DNA of 64,000 nt from Podarcis liolepis (taxonomy: Eukaryota): the NCBI GenBank assembly GCA_965112155.1, contig OZ218099.1; one strand, given 5' to 3'. Shown here in pieces: positions 63,901 through 64,000 of this stretch (positions are counted from its first letter, which is position 1; every line of letters begins with the position of its first letter). A program made the translations under genes and the position numbers. Under the pieces are notes generated by a model. The model had not been told where the DNA came from, did no database searches, and was given only the letters and a program-made list of their open reading frames with translations.

Positions 63901-64000
63901 CAAGCGTACCTTGGAAGTTGAACAGAATCCGTTCCGGAAGTCTGTTTGACTTCCAAAATATTCAGAAACCAAAGCGCGGCTTCTGATTGGCTGCAGGAGC
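63901..64000. mobile_element. MITE of the same family as 58032-58272, running off the window end
   Basis: Shared sequence cgtaccttggaagt...ggcttctgattggct. Confidence 0.7.

Overview
Vertebrate genomic DNA from a squamate reptile, most likely a lacertid lizard (Sauria/Squam1 and Squam3 SINEs, Penelope-type fragments, CR1/L2/L1 LINE pieces). I assembled four intact spliced genes by hand from splice signals and reading-frame phase. They are TNPO2 (minus strand, 23 coding exons, 888 aa), an RNF11 paralogue (plus, 3 exons, 157 aa), TRIR/C19orf43 (minus, 3 exons, 146 aa) and GET3/ASNA1 (plus, 7 exons, 348 aa). TNPO2-TRIR-GET3 is the human 19p13 gene order as I recall it; the RNF11-like gene is an extra member. 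The most interesting layer is non-coding. TNPO2 introns host a canonical SNORD41, a SNORD41 paralogue changed exactly at the nucleotide that pairs with the methylation target, an 18S-complementary C/D snoRNA plus a decayed copy, and two H/ACA-like folds. TNPO2 also has a U12-type intron, a candidate poison exon and a 3'UTR intron. GET3 has a GC-AG intron containing a sense-oriented minimal hammerhead ribozyme from a Penelope-type insertion. No prokaryotic-type system (CRISPR, rRNA, tRNA) is present. Repeat and snoRNA family names come from recognition, not from database searches.
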